Assembly (NCBI GenBank): GCA_964016885.1
Contig: OZ024743.1
Location: 251,410,001-251,474,000, forward strand
DNA: 64,000 bases
Direction of reading: 5' to 3'
DNA from: Eledone cirrhosa
Taxonomy: Eukaryota
A model generated the notes under the pieces. The model worked only from the letters and a program-made list of their open reading frames with translations, had not been told where the DNA came from and did not search any database. Made by a program: the position numbers and the translations under genes. Below are positions 37,951-49,074 of this stretch, piece by piece. Position 1 is the stretch's first letter; every line of letters starts with the position of its first letter.

Positions 37951-38569
37951 TAGATTCATGATTATTTTTGCTTTTTATGGTGGAAGATTAACAGAATTAG
38001 AAACCATTATCATTATTGTTAAAATTAATCTTATTTTTACTAAGTGTTATCACTACATTACAAAGCACAGCTTTGGGTGACATTGGCATATGCAATGTTG
38101 TTTTGGTGTTGTTATTTTTATTGTATTGAGTGTATACTTCGTTATGTTTATGCAGTGTGTAGTGGTTATGTATCTGGAGCTTTTTAATCATTCCCAGGGC
38201 ACCTAAAATCTAGGGATTGTTTCTGTCTTCATTAAACACATTCAGGTTATTATTATTATTTTTGCTATAAAACCCTAGAAAGAGAATTCATCACTAAGTT
38301 TGTGTCACCAAACCTATGATGCAATCCTTAGATTAACACTTTCTTTTATTCTATTAATAGAATATTGGTGTAAATCAGGAGCCATAACTTCATTACATCT
38401 CATAACTGTTGAGTTTGAATAACGGCAAAACTCCTCCCTCGCTATTGTTTTGTTTGTGGTGGTTATGGTGGTGGTTGTTATGATGGGGACTAAAACAACA
38501 TATTAGTTATTTATTTACAGAACAAGCTATTAATTATTACTGAGAAATATTCCAGGGTACAGGCATCAC

Positions 38570-38780
38570 TGCCACCAGCACCATGTTCACCATCAACACC
38601 ACCAAACCACCATCACCACAATCATCACCCATCCAACACCATCACCACTGACACCACCATCATCACTACCATCAACACCACCACCAGCACCACCCCACCA
38701 TCACAATCATCACCCAACTGATACCACCACCACCAGCACCACTACCATCAACACTACCACCATCATCACCAGCATCTACG
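38570..38780. repeat. (CAC/CAT)n degenerate tract
   Basis: Direct reading. Confidence 0.85.
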
Positions 38781-39812
38781 TTTATCCACACCTATTATGT
38801 TTATTGTTTATCCATTTATTATTAATCATCATCACCATTATTATTATTTTTAATATTGTATTATCATTATTATTAGCTCACATGATGTTATGAGTTATTT
38901 GTGAAATAATGGAAGGACCCTCTGTAGGTGTATTCTAAATTCCCACCAGGATGTATCTATTTGCTGTCAATAAGGAATATTCAACTAACACATGATTATA
39001 TGTTAATATAAACATTGAGAAATTGGCTTAGTTGCTAGAGCATCAGATAAAATTCCTAGCAGTATTTGTTACAGCTTTCAGTGATCTGGTTTCAAATTTT
39101 GCCTGGATCAATTCTTCCTTTCATCCACTAAGTATTCTATCTGGCACCCTAATGTCTTTGCCAATTCACCACCTTTTCATACTTTAGGGTTTGATAAATA
39201 ATGCACCAGCCCAGGATTGAGGAAGGCAAGGAATTGGCCAAGTTGTTAGGGTATTGGATTAAAAATCCCTCAATAGTTGTTCCAGCTCACTGGGCTTTGA
39301 TTTCAAATACTGGCAAATTTGATCTTGCCATTCATACTTTCAAAATTAATAAATAAAGTGCATGTACTGGGGTCAATTAACCCTCTCCATCTCTCTGTCT
39401 CTCTCTGGGTTTATAAAATATAGGAAGTACCTGTTTAGGGCAGTAGTGGATTATCAGAATTGTCAGAGTATTAGACAGGATGCATAGCAGTATCTGTTCT
39501 GACTCTGTGTATTCTAGTTTCAAATCCTGTGCCTTGCACTGACAATTACCAACTAAAATAGAGGTTAATCACGTGGGCTCCATGACAAGCTTCTTCCTTT
39601 TGTCCCATCGTTTGAATCTCCATCCATCACCACACCCTTGGCTTTCATTTCGTTCTCCATCATCTTTAGCCATATCTTTCTGTCATCCCATTCCTCTACT
39701 TCCTTCCATAATCATTTCCATCACTTCCCATACCCACTCACTTTCATCCTTCCTCAACACATGACCCAACCATCTCATTCCATTTGTCTTCACAACATTC
39801 ATCAATGGTACT

Positions 39813-40088
39813 TGTTGTATTCCTCTCGGTACTCGCAGAGAAAACACAACGAGTTATATCAAATAATTTGTGTAATTTGCGAAACAACCAAAACGCTCCT
39901 CCTCGCAGTAGCAGAATAACATAAAGTAAGCCAGTAGCAGTCTGTGACCGAGTTTTTAATACCAACGCTGACTGACTGCCCAGGTCACGTGATTCATATG
40001 CAAATGTGTGAGCACGTGTAAATTGAATAGAAATGTAACAGTCCATACAACAATGAGGTTGTGAGTTCGATTCCCAGTCCATACAACA
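39813..40088 (-). repeat. 3' LTR
   Basis: TGTTGTAT...ATACAACA, 4 differences from 44537-44812. Confidence 0.95.
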
Positions 40089-40098
40089 CCTCCCCACC
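40089..40098 (-). other. Polypurine tract
   Basis: Minus strand GGTGGGGAGG immediately before the 3' LTR. Confidence 0.8.
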
Positions 40099-40122
40099 GA
40101 AATTGATGCGACTAAAGAAGCA

Positions 40123-43100
40123 TCAACAGCAAAGTCTCTCTGGGGGTTTACGAGTTCTCTTGGACCGTCTTCGATTGTCTGGTCCATACTCTGGAACGGG
40201 CAACAAGGTCTTGGGTCTGGTCTGTCTTGGAGTTAGTGGCACGATTTCCGAGATCTCCATCGGGTGATCTGTTGCAAATTCAAAAAATGTGTCTACTGCA
40301 TCAACAGGTTCATTGTCTTCCTCAGTAGTGTACCGCGGTTGCAGCTGTTCCCAGTGTCGTCTCCACACCGGGCCATGAGGTATGACCTTAACGTTGAAGC
40401 AGCGAGTACCCAATGACTTCTTAATGATTGCTGGTACCCATCGAGGATCTTTGTCTCGGCGAGGTCCGTAGTACAGTGCATACACAGGATCTCCAGCCTT
40501 GTACTGCCTGGTAACCTTAGCGACACCTGCCGAGTCCGGAGTCATCTGAGACTTATATGTTTCCTTAGACTGCTTGCCTTGAGCGATGTGTGCTGGCGAG
40601 GGCAGCAGACAATCAATCCTTGTCCGTATCTGCCGGTGATTCAAAAGTTCACTCGGAGAGAATCCACTGGATGTCGGTGTTCTCCGGTACTGCATCAAGA
40701 ACTCTTGAAGTGCTCGCTTCGGCGGAAGAGAAGTCTTCCTCAGAGCTTGTTTGAAGGTCTGCACCAAACGTTCCGCTGCTCCGTTAGTAGCTGGGTGGTA
40801 AGGTGCCCCTGTCAGGTGCGTGATCCCACGTTCTTTGCACCAGCTCTGGAACTCCTCAGAAATAAAAGTTGGTGCGTTATCGGTGACTAGCGTGTGAGGA
40901 AATACGAAGTGCGCAAAGTCTTCTTCAAGCAGATCTAAAGTGGCTCTGGAGGACGTGGATGACGTAGGATGAATGCATGGATACTTGGAATAAGCATCAG
41001 TGATCACCAACCAATTACTGCCCATGAAATTTATTGCGTGGTCCAGGTGTAAGCGGCTCCACGGCTTTTCAGGTAACATCCATGGGTGAACTGGAGACTT
41101 GGATGGCTGGTTTTGATGTTCACCACACGAATCACATTGTCGACTGGTTTTCTCTATAGCAGCATCGATACCAGGCCAATAAACAGCAGTTCTTGCCAAT
41201 TGTTTCATGCGCTCCATGCCAAAGTGTCCGAGATGCAGAAGATTGAGGATCTTTGGCTGTAAGCTATGTGGAATCACAACTCTCGATCCATGGATAAGGC
41301 ATCCGTGGCAGATACTGAGTGAATCCGATAACTTCCGGAACTTATTGACTTCGTCATTGATCTCAGTATTCTTTGGTGGCCAGCCTTCACGGACGTAGCG
41401 TATCACTCTAGATATCCCTGATCTTTCCCTGACTCTTGACGGAGGACGTTAGAATCGATAGGTTGGACTTGAAGACTGAGAGCTTTGATGGCGTACACCA
41501 TGTCCATGTCTTCACCATTTTCCTTCCTGTCAAAGTCGATGTCATTACCAAATGGCAAGCGACTGAGGGCATCTGCATTGCCATGATCCGCTGTTTTCCG
41601 ATATTCGATGGTGTAGTCAAACTGGTTCAGCCACAGGGCCCACTATGCTAGTCGGTTAGCAGCGAGAAGTGGCGTCCCTTTCCTCGGACTGAACAGTGAT
41701 GTCAGTGGCTTGTGGTCAGTTACGAGTATAAACTGATGTCCGTACAGATACTGATAGAACTTCTGCAAGCCAAATATAATGGCCAGGGCTTCCTTTTGAA
41801 TTTGGCCGTAGTTACGCTGTGCAGAAGTAAGAGTCTTGGACACATTGGATATTGGGCGCTCGCTTCCATCAGGATAGCGATGAAACAGGACTGCTCCAAT
41901 ACCAACGTTTGACGCGTCGCAAGCCAGTCCCAAAGTTTTGTTTGGATCGAAGTGTATCAGAACTCGATCCGATGAAAGCACATTTTTCAACTGATCGAAA
42001 GCTGACTGTTCTTCATCTCCCCACTTCCAAGCAGTCGTTTTTTTCGTAAGGCAATAGAGTGGCTCTGCCATGCTGGCCAGGTTTGGGATAAACTTTCCAT
42101 AGAACTGAACTGAACTGAACCCAGAAAAGACTTCAAGCTTGAGACGTTCGTTGGAGGTGGCATCTTTAAAACTGCTTCGACCTTGCATCCCTTCGCGATC
42201 CCTTCAGCCGACAAGGTGTGTCCAAGGTATTCCACACTGGGTAGTGCAAACTGGCACTTGTCACGGCGACATCTTAGTCCTTTGTCGCACAGACGTGTGA
42301 GCAGACACTTTAGGTTGTTCAGGTGATCGTTTGCATCTTTCCCACTGACGAGCATGTCGTCCTGGAAGACGGCCACACCAGGTAGATCTTGAGTCAGGTT
42401 TTCCATGATCTCCTGAAAGTAACCAGGTGCTGACTTGATTCCGAAAGGGAGTCGTTCCTGCAGGAGCACCCCACGGTGAGTGCTGAGTGCAAGCCTGCGT
42501 TGACTTTCTGGAGCCAGCTTGATCTGATTATAGGCATCAGCAAGATCAATCTTTGTGTATCCGAATCCACCTCCGAGCTTCTGCACCAGTTCCTCTGGGA
42601 GTGGCATTGGATGACGATGATCTGCAAGTTGGTCATTAATTCCCACAGAGTAGTCACCACAAATCCGTAGTTTGGGCTTCAGGTTGCCTGAAGTATGTGC
42701 TTTACGAATCGGTACCACTGGCGTTCCGTATTCGTTGAACTGTATTGGCTTCCAGATTCCTTTGGCGATGCCTTCTTCGTAACCTTTGGCCAGGTCATCA
42801 CGAAGAGCAAACGAGACCGGGCATGCCTTGTGAAAGACCGGTGTCGCGTCCGACTTGAACTTCACTTCCAGTTCGAAGTCATTAAGACATCCCAATTCTT
42901 GCTTGAAGAGATCTGGGAATTCATCACACATGTGACAATCTCGTTGCATGGAAATATAGGGCTCATTTGAGGTCTTTGGATGCATCACTTCTGCACCCTC
43001 ACTCTTGGCCTGGCTGTCTATGCTTTTCAATCCTAGAGCATTGTCCACGGAAATTCCCAGAGTCTGGATAGCGTTTCGTCCCAGCAAATTAAGATCAGGG

Positions 43101-43558
43101 ATCTTGGTGACGATGTAGGGTATTGAATTCCGTTTACCAGTCGTTGGATCCTTGGTTTGGCCCATGAAAGTTCCCAGAACGGGCAGGTCGTGCTTGCTGG
43201 CAGATTCAAACCGATGTTTGACATCTTGCAGCTTCGGTTTTCCTAATTGTTTCCAAACTGACAAGGAAACAAAATTGCCTGTAGTAGCTGTGTCCAATTC
43301 CATTGTGAAAAGTCTGTTCTGGATTGTTATTAGCACATTCAAACTATGAGTATCGTGGGAAACTTCACCAAGGATCGCCTTGACTAGCTCAGCTTTCGTG
43401 ATTCTTTTCACGTAATTCTGTGAGCGATGATTACGTTGCTGATGTTGTTTCTTTCTACACACCGCTTGCAAATGTCCCTTTTTGTCACAAAAATGACATT
43501 TGGCTTCTTTGAAGGAGCAGTCTGTCGCTTTGTGGGCCTTTCCACATCGGTAGCACAT
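40123..43558 (-). pseudogene. pol: Gypsy pol (nucleocapsid knuckles, protease, RT, RNase H, integrase), frameshifted
   Basis: CYRCGKAH..C and CHFCDKKGH..C knuckles, ELDTA protease, RICGDY / IDLADAY / LPFG / FQDD RT, ACDASNVG / TDHKPL RNase H, H..H..C..C plus DAYSK / TDNAP / NGAAER integrase. Stops and frameshifts, including a GAACT duplication near 42105. Confidence 0.92.
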
Positions 43559-44385
43559 CTCCTGGTCTGTGGAATAGGACTGCTGATAGTTTTTCGAGGA
43601 CCCTTGTTCTTGTTCTGCTGGACCTTGTAGACTTGCTTGGTTTTGGAACCGTAAACAGTTTCCTTGGCAACCTTTGCTGCGTCTTCGGTCCCGATGGCAA
43701 CTTGGACAGCACGGGCGAAATCTAGTTCTGTATCCTTGATCTTGAAAATAGCGTTCAACACAGCTTCATTATTGACAGAACATATAAATCTCTGTCTTAG
43801 AGCTTCATCTTGTGGATTTGTGATCGAAGGAAAATCACAGGTAGCTGCATCCTGACGTATACGTGCTGCCAGGTCCTGGAGAGTTTCGCCTGGCTTCCGT
43901 TGCATGTCACTCCAGAACTTGAAACGTTCTCTCACAATGAAAAGTTTTGGGTCGAACTGTTCTTTCATGAAGTCAACAATTTCGTCCATTGTCAACTTGT
44001 TGATATTCTTAGGCGGATTTTGTTGAGCAGCCAGATTTACAAGTTGTTTGTAGATAGCAGCCGTCTGATTAGTCAGGAACACTTGTGCCATGCGTTGCTC
44101 GGGTACAGCGTTAGCAGCCACAAACGTGCAGAATCTTGACCAGTAATCAGGCCATAGTTCTGTTGTTGAATCAAAAGCAGCAAATGGTGGGATGAATGCT
44201 GTTGGTGTCGAAGCAACTGGCGACGCCAATAAACTCTGTTGTTCAGAATCTCGAGCACCAAACAGTTTTATCAGGGTGTCCATATCTTTTTTGTGTTGTT
44301 GTATTTGTTGTTCCTGTTGTTGCATTTGCTGTTCCATCTGTTCTCTAAACAACTTTATTAGCTCTGCTGTTTGTTGTTCCGCTAT
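43559..44385 (-). pseudogene. gag: Gypsy gag (capsid)
   Basis: FDSTTELWPDYWSRF...ERFKF..MQRKPGET..DLAARIR..AATCDF...LRQRFIC. Probable start mutated to ATA at 44385. Frameshift near 43560. Confidence 0.85.
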
Positions 44386-44408
44386 GTTTTTGTGATAAAC
44401 AATTTCCC

Positions 44409-44518
44409 GGCAATGTCGGTAAATCCTATCGGCAATGTAGGTAAATCCTATAGGCAATGTAGGTAAATCCTATCGGAAATGTAGGTAAATCCTATCGGCA
44501 ATGTAGGTAAATCCTATC
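44409..44518. repeat. Five tandem 22-bp repeats adjoining the PBS
   Basis: GGCAATGTAGGTAAATCCTATC x5 with single-base variants. Confidence 0.95.
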
Positions 44519-44528
44519 GTCGACGCCA
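44511..44528 (-). other. Primer binding site (tRNA-Ser-like)
   Basis: TGGCGTCGACGATAGGAT is the complement of ATCCTAT-CGTCGAC-G-CCA (T-arm 3' side, 7-nt acceptor strand, G discriminator, CCA). It lies 8 nt from the 5' LTR. Confidence 0.7.
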
Positions 44529-44536
44529 ATAAACTC

Positions 44537-44812
44537 TGTTGTATTCTTCTCGGTACTCGCAGAGAAAACACAACGAGTTATATCAAACAATTTGTGTAAT
44601 TTGCGAAACAACCAAAACGCCCCTCCTCGCAGTAGCAGAATAACATAAAGTAAGCCAGTAGCAGTCTGTGACCGAGTTTTTAATACCAACGCTGACTGAC
44701 TGCCCAGGTCACGTGATTCATATGCAAATGTGTGAGCACGTGTAAATTGAATAGAAATTTAACAGTCCATACAACAATGAGGTTGTGAGTTCGATTCCCA
44801 GTCCATACAACA
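44537..44812 (-). repeat. 5' LTR
   Basis: 276-bp direct repeat of 39813-40088. Confidence 0.95.
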
Positions 44813-45684
44813 GCACTATTCTGATATTTCTCTACAATTCATTGTTTGTTTTCATCTTTCTGAGCAATAATCCACTCATCCACCAAATCATTCTTATTTC
44901 CATTTTCCCCAGCCTTCTCTATTACACCACCCTGTCACTCATGTCTCACCCTCATAAATCATGGCACTTCACACACATGCAACATACACATTTCTTTTCT
45001 TTTCTTTCTATCTCAAGCCTCACTCCAATGAATCATGGAACTTCTCCCACATGCAACATACACATTCTCCTTTCACTTTCAAGGCATAAGAAAAATTTCT
45101 GTATATTCCATTCTTTCATCTCGACTATGTTTTGTTTTGTTTTCCTTTCATTAATCTTTGCTTCCTATTAATATTAATCTTTCAATGAAGTCTGTAATTC
45201 TTCTGAACCTATTGTTATCTATTTCCTTTTTCTAGTTTCTGATATCATGCTTAGGTCAGAGAAATTCATAGACATACCTGTAGTTCTTTTATTTGCCTAG
45301 ACACCCCTCCATTTACCATCTACATTTCGATCTAAATGCATTCATTCATTCATTCATTGAAGACTTGTTTACAGTTTCTGATAGACTTAACCTTCTGTGG
45401 GTGTTAGGAGATCACAAGGATGGAATACAAAAAAACATTAACAGTTTAAGTCAAACAAACATTTTGAAGTGAAAACAAATCAATAATCAAACCATTGGTG
45501 TGGGTGGGGTGTGGGTAGTGTAGGGTGGTAGTTATTTGAAGGGTGGGAGAGATATAGAATTTATTAGAATGTCATCTTTCCCGTCTTTTTCTCCATTGTT
45601 GCATCTCCTCTAGCTTGCAATAAACCTTTATTAGTTTTTACTCACAAAACACAATATAGACCTCACTCCCCTCGCCCCTCTCTC

Positions 45685-45716
<32 letters not shown>

Positions 45717-46054
45717 CCACTCCCCCTCCTCTCTCTCTATATATATATGCATACATACATGCATATATACACATATATATATATATGCATACATACATAT
45801 ATATATGTACATATATATATATATAATATATATATACATTAATATATATATATATATATATATATATGAAAAAACAGTACCAAGGAATAATACATTATAA
45901 TAATGGTATGTTAGTATATAAAGAGATTAAAAGGAAAATGAAGGAAGAAGAGAGAAAACATGTGTAGTTGCTAAGTCAGCCATCTTAGTAGGAGTAGTAG
46001 AAGCACTCGGAGTTATTATCCAATAAAAGAATTAAATATCGTAACTGTAGTATA

Positions 46055-46270
46055 TAATGGTTTCTACAATAGACACAATTTTTAGGGAGGGGAAAGTCGA
46101 TTAAATCAACACCAATGCATTACTGGTACTTTATTTTATCGACCCCCGTAAGGATGAAAGGCAAAGCTAATCTCGGCGGGATTTGAACTCAGAACATAAA
46201 GGACAATAACTCTATGCCACTAAGCATATTGTTCGATGCTCTACTGATTCTGCCAATTCACTGCCCTTCA
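46055..46270 (-). mobile_element. SINE family 1 copy
   Basis: CTGGTACTTTATTTTATCGACCCCCGTAAGGATGAAAGGC...GGGATTTGAACTCAG. Confidence 0.8.
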
Positions 46271-47329
46271 GTATATAATACCTTTCTCTATATATTGTAG
46301 TTACTGCCATAAATCATTTTGTTACCATATAACAAATGAATGACACTGGTTTTTAGAATAATCAAGAATTAGTAATACAACTAAATTTCTCATTATCAAA
46401 ATGGTGCTTTGAACATAATTTAAGAAATATTATTTCATAAAATTATGATGGAAGGTTTTTATATAAATATAAGCAATTTAACATAAACAGTTTGGTATCT
46501 TAGAACCAGAGGCAGTTCCAGGAGTTTTTGTATCAAGAGTCAATATATTTATTCTGTCAAAAAGATTTCTTCACTATATAAATATTATATTTGTTTCTAA
46601 CCATTACACATTGTCATGTATTTTAAACTTTTTTTCTCTAGCATGGTCATGATTCTATTATGGAAAATATGGACGTCACAATTAATTAGAAGTTGGTAGT
46701 ACATACCCTGTTCATAGTAACAGTTTTAGGTGCTCATATAGTCATGAGCAGGCACAGGCACCTTCTTGGTCACACCTTTCTCCATGTGTGGAAGAGAGGG
46801 GGGGACACTGGACAGGATTACCTCCTATTTTTTAATGGTGCACCCTCGGATTCAGAAAAGATTATGGAGATATGCTGATATACTTATTCTGAAATTACTC
46901 TTAAAATTATTGTGAATGTTCTGAATATATGAACCTGTAACTCCTGATGGATTCCTAGGTGTGTCTAACAACTGACATCCACTCTTCAGGTCTGAACATA
47001 GTTGATTTCTTCCTAATAAGGAGAGAGAAAGTGATAGAGAGGAAGTGTGATAGAGGAAGAATCAACACTTGTTCTGGACAAATACATTTTTTATTGACTT
47101 TGAAAGGATCAAAGTCAAAGTTTACCTTGGTAGGATTTGAACTCAGAGTACAGAAAGCTGGAAAATCCACATAGCATTCCATTTGACAATTTAACAACCC
47201 TGCCAATTTGCTACCTATGGTACTTTCTTTATCAATCATAAAAGCATGAAAGGTGAAGTAGACAATGATGGGAATGAGACTGAGAAGGGAGGAAGGAATA
47301 TCACAATGTATTATATCTACTGCCCTAAG

Positions 47330-47517
47330 AGGGGTGGATTGGCAGCAATGGTAGAGAGTTGGACGTCATGCGGTCCAGCATAGTTATGTCCCTTTACAGA
47401 CTGAGTTCAAATCCCGCCGAGATTAACTTTGTCTTTCATCCTTACCAGGTTGATAAAATAAAGTACCACTAATGTACTGGTTAATTGCTGGCCTTGTGCC
47501 AAAAGTGGAAACAATTA
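47330..47517 (+). mobile_element. SINE family 1, young-looking copy
   Basis: GGTGGATTGGCAGCAATGGTAGAG...GAGTTCAAATCCC...GGCCTTGTGCCAAAAGTGGAAACAATT. Confidence 0.85.
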
Positions 47518-47910
47518 TATCTACTGCTCTAATCACACTGCCAAATCAACCACCTTAATAGAGACCATATCTACTATAGCCATGATCAATAGGTACTTCC
47601 AGGGATCAATAACTTAAATTTGATTATTTGAAGATGTTTATATTATCTATACATCTCCTCACTCAACCATCATCCTCTTCTTTATCATGTCATTTCAAAC
47701 TTCACTCAAAACGTTATTTTTATTCTTTTACTAGTTTGTTATTAGACTGAAGTCATGCTGGGACACCACCATAAAATGATTTTACTCAATCATGTCAACC
47801 CTAGTACTAATACACTATTTTAACAATCTCTCTTTTTGCCAAACTACTAAGTTATGGGACACAAACACTGACACAAGTATAATCACACGTGGGGACACAC
47901 ATACACTCAC

Positions 47911-47943
<33 letters not shown>

Positions 47944-48619
47944 ATGGGCTGCTACTGTTTCTGAAACCGTGTGGTTCCAGTGCGTCACCCTCACCATCCT
48001 CTTCAGAAATGCCTTCACTATTCTGTCCGTTAGGACCATGTGGCAGCCAGCGCATGTTCATAACATTGAGAGATGGGGAGGGCGGAACAGACGGAGGCTG
48101 TGACAGTGGGAGTTTGGCTCTTTTGTGTTCAGACCTGGTGTATATGTATATATTTATTTACCACACCAAATATTTCAATTACATCTTTGATTTTATTCGA
48201 TAGTTAAGGCTAGTTATGAAACAAATATATTAACCACACAGTCATGCCTGGACCTTAATCCCCGCCTCACACAATCCCATCCTAACCCCAACTCCTTAAA
48301 CTGACTCATACTAAAGATGGAGTCTAATGCTAGTTTACACAATTTATCAGCTAATTACAATGGATTTTCCAAACCATTATGAAAATTAAACATAATCTGT
48401 CTTTATCCCATTGCTACTAGGAAAAAAAAAAAATAATAATTCATCTACCACCTAAACTGGGGTGTGGTGTCTACCAATATCTCCTCCCTTTTCCTCAATT
48501 TTGTTATTTAATTTTTTCTCTTCATTTTTTTTTATGTATACAAACACTGATAAATTGTAATTTGTTTTTCTTTTATTTCTAAATAAAGTCTTTGTTTAAT
48601 GATTCTCTATAAAAACAAA

Positions 48620-48808
48620 TAATTGTTTCTACTTTAGGCACAAGGCCAGCAATTACCCAGTGCATTACAGGTACTTTATTTTATCGACCCCGTAAGGATG
48701 AAAGGCAAAGTCAACCTCGCCGGGATTTGAACTCAGATCGTAAAGGGACGTAACTATGCTGGAAAGCATGGCGTCCGACCCTCTACCGATACTGCCAATC
48801 CACCGTCC
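48620..48808 (-). mobile_element. SINE family 1, young full-length copy
   Basis: Near-identical to 33777-33962. The flank CTATAAAAACAAATAAT occurs on both sides (TSD-like). Confidence 0.88.
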
Positions 48809-48946
48809 GTGCTATAAAAACAAATAATGAAATATTCTTTGTGTCTTGTTATCTAATTACTCGAAAAGCGGGTGTTGCTAGGTTACACGTAGATCCATTA
48901 ATCAGCTAAGGATGTAATAAAAACTCTTTAAGGATTAATGTAAAGA

Positions 48947-49008
48947 ATACAAGTCTCTCCTCTAACATCTTGCCTCCCATAGCAAGATGTTAGAGGAGAG
49001 ACTTGTAT
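48947..49008. repeat. Perfect 27-bp inverted repeat with 8-nt loop
   Basis: ATACAAGTCTCTCCTCTAACATCTTGC-ctcccata-GCAAGATGTTAGAGGAGAGACTTGTAT. Confidence 0.9.
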
Positions 49009-49074
49009 CACGCCACACACTCTGCCCTGTCCTGTCTTGCTTTGCCTTGCTCTGCCCTACCCCATGCCATTTTA

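Larger units (their letters stand above)
39813..44812 (-). mobile_element. Ty3/Gypsy LTR retrotransposon, Mag-type, structurally complete
   Basis: TG...CA LTRs of 276 bp, 5-bp TSD GTACT/GCACT, PBS, PPT, domain order gag-PR-RT-RH-IN. Inserted into an older decayed LINE (39570-39812, 44813-45340). Confidence 0.96.

Noticed and set aside
44409-44518. CRISPR-like array
   Set aside because: The repeats are contiguous with no spacers, in a eukaryotic LTR-element leader.
48981-48992. miR-31/miR-72 similarity (GCAAGATGTT)
   Set aside because: Only 10 nt match, the seed is incomplete and the rest differs.
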